Positions 33,301 to 36,389 of a stretch of DNA of 36,389 nucleotides are shown here, in pieces. Position numbers and translations under genes: made by a program. This DNA comes from Octopus bimaculoides (taxonomy: Eukaryota). A model generated the notes under the pieces. It did not search any database. It saw only the letters and a program-made list of their open reading frames with translations, and was not told where the DNA came from. How positions within the stretch are numbered: the first letter of the stretch is position 1; every line of letters starts with the position of its first letter. The stretch spans positions 24,814,642 to 24,851,030 of the forward strand of contig NC_069000.1 of NCBI RefSeq assembly GCF_001194135.2, written 5' to 3'.

Positions 33301-35151
33301 AAAAAAGAAATACATACACAAGCAAAAAGAATCACTATGTATCCATGGATTAATCTTGACCATTGCCTATAGATTTTGGCTTGAAGAATTAAAAAGTACG
33401 CAACAAACAGTAGTCAAAATATTTTTACAAAGCTGATATGTTTGTCAAAATAATTTTCCTAGAAAACCTATTGGAATATTTATTTTTAAACATTATTATT
33501 CATGCAAAAACTTTATAATGTGATAATCATCTTGATTAAAGCATTTCTTACACAAAACTGTTGCATGAATATATTCTATGTAATTTATTTATTTTATCAA
33601 AATCTCTTTAACCTTTTAGCATTCAGATTACACATTCAAACGTAAGCTTATTAATTCACATTGTTTTGAGTTGATCAGGCATTATTGTGTAGCTTCAAGA
33701 TTTCAATGATTATTTTTAAAATGACATTATAGTGTAGATGTGAGAGGTCAGATATGGCTGATTTGAACATAAAACAGATAGAATATTAGAGCCAGATATG
33801 ACAGGCTTAAATGCTAAAAGGTGTCACAAATAATTATATAGAATCTTCTTCATATTTTCAAATATCCGTTTGCTGGATTTGAATTTGTATAAGTAAAGAA
33901 CTTTCAGTTACTAACAGTTTCCAGTGATTTTTAGATGCAAATTAGAACAAATCAACAGAACAGAAAAGTGAATATTGGTAAAACCACTATATATATGTGT
34001 GCGTGTGTATAATTTTATTAAAGCCAAAAGAGTCTCCAGAGATTGTGAAAATTTTTTCATCTTTTTGTATTACTCTGCCTTATTCAAGTACTATTTTTCC
34101 CACCTTGTTTTGCACCTATGTATTTACTTGTGTGTGTGTGTGAACTTTAATCTAGACATCATGTGATGTAAATGCACCATGTATTAGCATACAAACGATG
34201 CTGGTTGTTTCAGTCTTTCATAAAAAGTATGTCTAGCCATAGGAAAATATTACCTTGCTTAGAAACTGGTGAGAGCTGGGCAAAATCTACTTTAAGTTCT
34301 GTCCAATTCATACATGGAAGACTGGACATTAAATGATGATGTGAAGATGGTGAATTGGCAGAATTGTTAGAGCATCAGGTTGAAAGCTTTGCAATATTTG
34401 TTTTAACTTTATGTGCTCAGAGTTCTAATTCACCTGAGATTAACTTTGCCTTTCGTACTTTTAGGGGATTGATAAATAAGAAACCAGTCCAAGGCAATGG
34501 ATTGGTAAAATACTTTGAGCATCTGACAAGAATATTTTTAAGTATCTGTCTTGCAGGGAAACTAAAGTAATTGCTAGGTTTTTGTAGTAAAACCATGCCC
34601 TGACTTAAACCTCGGAGAAGAACTTTCGAAGTGTAAATATTCAAGTTGTCTACAACAGGCAACAAAGGCTATTGATGAGATTGTTATTTGATGGAAATTC
34701 AATTGCTATTTCTTGTAGGTCAAGCAACCATTTTGTGGCGGGAGCACAAAAAACACATGAGCTGCATAAGCCCAGAGCTAACTCCTTGCCTCATTCAAAG
34801 CAGATCACCAGTTCCTGACCTGTGGTAGAAACTTCTGAGCATGCATTGACCTGATTGGCCACAGCCAGATGCACTGTAACCCATCTTTTTCTCCCATGTG
34901 ATGTTTTGGTTATTGTCGACAATGATGGCTGACCATTACATTTATATGATGTATGTCTTGTCTGTTTATTATTTTTGTTTGTTTTTTTTTCTGCCAGAGT
35001 CTTGTTGATGGTTTAATAATCAGCAATACCACAGTATATCGAGACAAAAGCTTGATCAGTAAAAACCGGAAGGAAACTGGAGGACTTAGTGGTGTACCAT
35101 TGCGCGAAATGTCTACACAGATACTCAGTGATATGTATTCGTTAACTCAAG
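2745..35151 (+). CDS. DHODH: Dihydroorotate dehydrogenase (quinone), mitochondrial, class 2; partial, join(2745..2774,10487..10696,14344..14543,18787..18860,25325..25512,30290..30409,34998..35151), 3' exons not in window
   Basis: The manually spliced 976 nt are open throughout and all introns are GT-AG. Family motifs: [68 protein letters not shown] (catalytic Ser), [23 protein letters not shown]. Intron phases match the human gene as I recall it. Confidence 0.97.
4725..4890 (+). mobile_element. tRNA-derived SINE (family 1)
   Basis: Degenerate A box and B-box-like GTTCAGTCCC; body ...GTGGATTTGGT...GAAACTGAAAGAA, then a TA tail. Homologous to 7160-7433, 19787-19865 and 25642-25797. Confidence 0.75.
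4915..6285. repeat. Array of one repeat unit in alternating orientations (-/+/-/+), separated by TA/CA microsatellites
   Basis: 5040-5400 is a long imperfect reverse complement of 5520-5880; 6097-6285 is again inverted relative to 5500-5698. Confidence 0.85.
6283..7131 (-). mobile_element. Internally deleted, degenerate maT-type (DD37D) Tc1/mariner transposon
   Basis: ORF 6604-6837 reads [10 protein letters not shown]...WQQDFAPCH. There are 37 residues from the second D to the expected (here deleted) third D after YNPL. Terminus TA-CAGGGTG at 7131. Confidence 0.85.
7160..7433 (+). mobile_element. tRNA-derived SINE (family 1) with TA microsatellite and tail
   Basis: TGTGTGGTAAGAAGCTTGC...GGTTCAGTCCCACTG...GAAAACTGAAAGAGCCC. 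Confidence 0.8.
7434..7620. other. Assembly gap (187 N)
   Basis: N run. Confidence 1.
7634..8905 (-). mobile_element. Near full-length degenerate mariner (DD34D), ~1.27 kb
   Basis: Manual minus-strand translation gives an N-terminal HTH (YEFNKGNNA...QWWFQKF), [26 protein letters not shown] with D-34-D spacing, and LPNRW. Multiple stops. TIR remnants CCCATAAATAATG (left) and CATTATTTATG (right). Confidence 0.92.
8910..9410 (+). mobile_element. RTE LINE 3' UTR / RTE-tail repeat
   Basis: Internal GGCACGTAAAA units and a (GAT)n tail; homologous to the 3' end of the RT-bearing copy at 11290-12390. Confidence 0.8.
10487..10696 (+). CDS. DHODH: DHODH exon 2 (KQLREV...DPAIL): membrane anchor and quinone-binding helices
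   Basis: Polypyrimidine tract plus TAG acceptor at 10484-10486; 210 nt; GTTAGT donor at 10697; contains GNEKFY and PENAHRL. Confidence 0.95.
11290..12390 (-). mobile_element. 5'-truncated RTE-clade LINE (ORF C-terminus plus 3' UTR)
   Basis: ORFs read [49 protein letters not shown]; (GAT)n tail at 11290. Confidence 0.92.
12811..13664. mobile_element. piggyBac-type MITE split by an RTE insertion (MITE parts 12811-12978 and 13615-13664)
   Basis: Ends TTAT-CCCT...AGGG-TTAA; the halves join to match the intact copy at 33608-33823. Confidence 0.7.
12979..13614 (-). mobile_element. RTE LINE 3' fragment
   Basis: (CAT)n tail at 12979, 3' UTR, and ORF C-terminus (MDEDSCVK...GTCGRG) near 13480-13610. 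Confidence 0.85.
14344..14543 (+). CDS. DHODH: DHODH exon 3 (KTKVWD...AVINR)
   Basis: TTTTAG acceptor, 200 nt, GTAAGT donor at 14544; motifs [34 protein letters not shown]. Confidence 0.97.
15864..16379 (+). repeat. ~515-bp local direct duplication of 14033-14538 (3' end of intron 2 plus exon 3)
   Basis: Colinear by manual alignment, roughly 90% or higher identity with small indels. Confidence 0.93.
16185..16379 (+). pseudogene. Duplicated DHODH exon 3 (pseudo-exon) with in-frame TGA and lost donor
   Basis: 11 substitutions in 195 nt versus 14344-14538. CGA>TGA at 16353-16355; D>G in AAGFDK; TTTTAG acceptor intact; the donor is replaced by RTE sequence. Confidence 0.93.
16388..16680 (-). 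mobile_element. RTE 3' UTR fragment abutting the pseudo-exon
   Basis: About 84% identical by manual count to 13047-13335. Confidence 0.8.
17240..18220 (+). mobile_element. Cluster of ~4 copies of a second tRNA-like SINE family (best copy 17377-17590)
   Basis: Shared TTCTGAGTTCAAAT...CCTTTCATCCTTT...GGGTCGATAA...AGTACCAG core; another copy near 34355-34520. Confidence 0.75.
18787..18860 (+). CDS. DHODH: DHODH exon 4 (R|[24 protein letters not shown])
   Basis: CTCTAG acceptor, 74 nt, GTGAGA donor at 18861; phases 2/1 fit the neighbouring exons; YGFNS motif. Confidence 0.93.
19213..19495 (+). mobile_element. tRNA-headed SINE-like element with (AAT/AAC)n linker and degenerate minimal hammerhead in its 3' part
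   Basis: A box TGGTGTAGTGG (19220-19230), B-box-like AATTCGATTCC (19263-19273), hammerhead-like fold 19369-19414. Confidence 0.65.
19787..20010 (+). mobile_element. SINE family 1 head plus (GAT)n-tailed 3' segment
   Basis: GTGGCTGTGTAG...GTTCAGTCCCAC; tail ...CATGGAAAAAATGAATGTTAAAATGATGATG. Confidence 0.6.
20032..20128 (-). mobile_element. RTE 3' tail fragment
   Basis: CATCATCGTTTAACGTCCGCTTTCCATGC, matching 11295-11440. Confidence 0.75.
21380..22089 (+). pseudogene. RTE reverse transcriptase fragment, degenerate
   Basis: [51 protein letters not shown]; stops at QATSEEFK, before the YADD region. Confidence 0.88.
22090..22284 (+). pseudogene. Helitron PIF1-like helicase fragment
   Basis: [17 protein letters not shown] (motif II), one frameshift, then [10 protein letters not shown]...[24 protein letters not shown] (motif III, GDFRQ-like). 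Confidence 0.85.
22285..24290 (-). mobile_element. RTE LINE 5' part (APE endonuclease to RT N-terminus), 3'-truncated
   Basis: [61 protein letters not shown]; frameshifted. Confidence 0.92.
24490..24665 (+). repeat. Interspersed-repeat-like segment containing a degenerate minimal hammerhead fold (24555-24590)
   Basis: CTTT-CTGTTGA-T-GAGC-GTAG-ACTT-GAAA-C-GTA-AAAG. Confidence 0.45.
24775..24955 (+). mobile_element. RTE-type 3' tail fragment
   Basis: AGGAAGGGCATCCAGC...CAACCCATG...CATGGGAAATGGATGTTAAAC...(GAT)n. Confidence 0.7.
25325..25512 (+). CDS. DHODH: DHODH exon 5 ([14 protein letters not shown]...NISSPNT...LIDR)
   Basis: TTTACAG acceptor, 188 nt, GTATGT donor at 25513; catalytic-loop motif [11 protein letters not shown]. 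Confidence 0.96.
25642..25797 (+). mobile_element. tRNA-derived SINE (family 1)
   Basis: Homologous to 7175-7320. Confidence 0.78.
26040..26850. mobile_element. AT-rich foldback/MITE-like element with ~150-bp terminal inverted repeats
   Basis: 26045-26190 is an imperfect reverse complement of 26700-26850 (for example ATAGACATAATCCCTGACA / TGTCAGGGATTATGTCTAT). Confidence 0.8.
26855..27105 (+). mobile_element. RTE 3' tail fragment
   Basis: GGCACGTAAAAAACACC units and a (GAT)n tail. Confidence 0.8.
27154..27253. repeat. 100-bp near-perfect palindrome
   Basis: Symmetry centre 27203/27204 (CAC|GTG); 47 of 50 pairs are Watson-Crick. Confidence 0.95.
27434..29800 (-). mobile_element. Degenerate Ty3/gypsy LTR retrotransposon (RT and RNase H remnants, integrase not seen)
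   Basis: RT: [16 protein letters not shown]...[41 protein letters not shown]. RNase H: [22 protein letters not shown] end CA at 29596 followed by a PBS-like TGGTGAC. A ~90-bp direct repeat 27434-27525 / 29688-29780 brackets the element. Right boundary approximate. Confidence 0.8.
30290..30409 (+). CDS. DHODH: DHODH exon 6 (ALLERD...VKIAPDL...MREH)
   Basis: TTCACAG acceptor, 120 nt, GTAAGT donor at 30410. Confidence 0.95.
31480..32540 (-). mobile_element. Degenerate rosa-type (DD41D) Tc1/mariner transposon; boundaries approximate
   Basis: FSDEATFH; FQQD followed by 41 residues then D ([12 protein letters not shown]); N-terminal HTH remnant near 32450-32540. Confidence 0.85.
32546..32680 (-). 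mobile_element. RTE ORF C-terminal fragment at the 5' side of the rosa remnant
   Basis: Reads [18 protein letters not shown]. Confidence 0.7.
33608..33823. mobile_element. piggyBac-type MITE, unsplit copy (~215 bp)
   Basis: TTAACCTTTTAGCATT...AATGCTAAAAGG termini; a further partial copy lies at 19500-19595. Confidence 0.7.
34998..35151 (+). CDS. DHODH: DHODH exon 7 ([12 protein letters not shown]...ETGGLSG...SLTQG)
   Basis: T-rich tract plus CCAG acceptor, 154 nt, GTAACT donor at 35152. Confidence 0.96.
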
Positions 35152-35636
35152 GTAACTTCTGTTCTTTGACTTGAACAGTTTTTTCTTTTTTTTTTTAATG
35201 TTGATTGAACAGACCTATGATCACAGATATTCTGGGTAGACTCCTCTTGCCTTTTTCCTATTTACTGGCAAGCTAAGACACATTATGAGATATGTTCCTT
35301 TCTGGGGGTGTGATTTGATGTGATTGACTATAAACACATACATATACACATTCTTCAACTGAAATTAGTAAAAACAAGAAGAGACCCAAGTAACACACAT
35401 ATAAATACAGAAGTGTACATATGTATGCACTCACATACAGTCATGTCTCTGTATCATTTGTCAGCAAGGAAAACAAGTGAAGGATAGATGGTGTGTGTGT
35501 GTGTGTTTTCTCCAGATGCTGCTGTCCCAGGCACCAACAGTAACAACCTAGATGTTACTCTCAAGGTGTTCTCAACATTGATCTTATGTCAGCAATTTAC
35601 AAAGAGGTATGTGGAAACAAACAAGAAAGGATTGTT

Positions 35637-35825
35637 GCATCATCATCATCATTTAATGTCTGTTTTCCATGCTGGCATGGGTTAGCTGCTTTGACTGGGG
35701 CTGGCAAGCGGCACTAGGGTCCATTTGTCTTGTTTTGACATGATTTCTATGACTGGATGTCCTTCCGAATGCCAACTACTTTACAGAGTGTACTGGGTAC
35801 TTTTCACATGGTACCAGCACAGATG
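35637..35825 (-). mobile_element. RTE 3' tail fragment
   Basis: (CAT)n followed by TTTAATGTCTGTTTTCCATGCTGGCATGGG. Confidence 0.75.
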
Positions 35826-35844
35826 CTTTTGTATAATGCATATA

Positions 35845-36389
35845 TGAGGGCTGATCAATAAGTATCAAGACTGTTGCCATAGTAATGAAGCTAGCGCACG
35901 CAGAGTAAAGCCGTTTGGAACAGATTGACCTTGTACTCTTCTGTGCATGTGCACTGAGTTTTTAACATGCTAGCTTTCTTCTGCTGAAGGAAGGTGTGTA
36001 GCGTGTGATCATTGCATTGACCATGACAGAGAAAGTCTAGCTGAGAATCTGCATCAAATTTTGCCAAAAGCTTGGCGATACCTGCTCAGAGACCTACATG
36101 AAGTACTCAAAATGGTTTCATCGTTCTCAATGCAATCAAAGAGATCTTGTGCAACTGACACCCGGGTGTCTTTTTGGTCAGCTAAAAGCAGTTTTGGTAC
36201 AAACTTGCCAGACACACATCTCATACCCAAGCCTTCAATGATGATGGACTGAACTAAACTGTAACTAATCTGTACATCCTCTGATAACTCACAGATGGTG
36301 ATTTGATGATTTCCCCTCACAACTGCATGCATATCTGCGATGTTTTTTTCAGTTCTGCTGGTTGCAGGTCTCCCAAAATGTTCGTCAAT
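35845..36389. mobile_element. Mariner element 5' part with an internal inversion
   Basis: TA-TGAGGGCTGATCAATAAG terminus. The transposase N-terminus (RICIKFCQKLG) is on +, while later residues (GRPATS...VRGNHQITICEL...GKFVPKLL) are on -. Confidence 0.85.

Noticed and set aside
35152-36389. DHODH exon 8 (PIIGVGG motif)
   Set aside because: Not found on the + strand in the remaining sequence; presumably outside the window.

Overview
AT-rich, repeat-dense eukaryotic genomic DNA with two assembly gaps. The SINE/RTE repeat families resemble those of Octopus (inference from recalled repeat sequences, not a search). The window holds coding exons 1-7 of a mitochondrial class 2 dihydroorotate dehydrogenase gene (DHODH, + strand, 2745-35151). 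The last exons are not found and presumably lie beyond the window. DHODH sits head-to-head, 312 bp between start codons, with the probable first coding exon of MPHOSPH6/MPP6 (- strand). The introns contain degenerate mariner (DD34D), maT (DD37D) and rosa (DD41D) transposons, RTE LINE fragments, a Ty3/gypsy remnant, a Helitron helicase fragment, piggyBac-type MITEs and tRNA-derived SINEs. Most notable: a local duplicate of DHODH exon 3 that keeps its splice acceptor but has an in-frame stop; two repeats carrying degenerate minimal (Penelope-type) hammerhead ribozyme folds, one behind a tRNA-like Pol III head; a 100-bp near-perfect palindrome; and several long intronic inverted repeats. No complete novel protein-coding system is supported; most short ORFs in the track are TE debris or noise.
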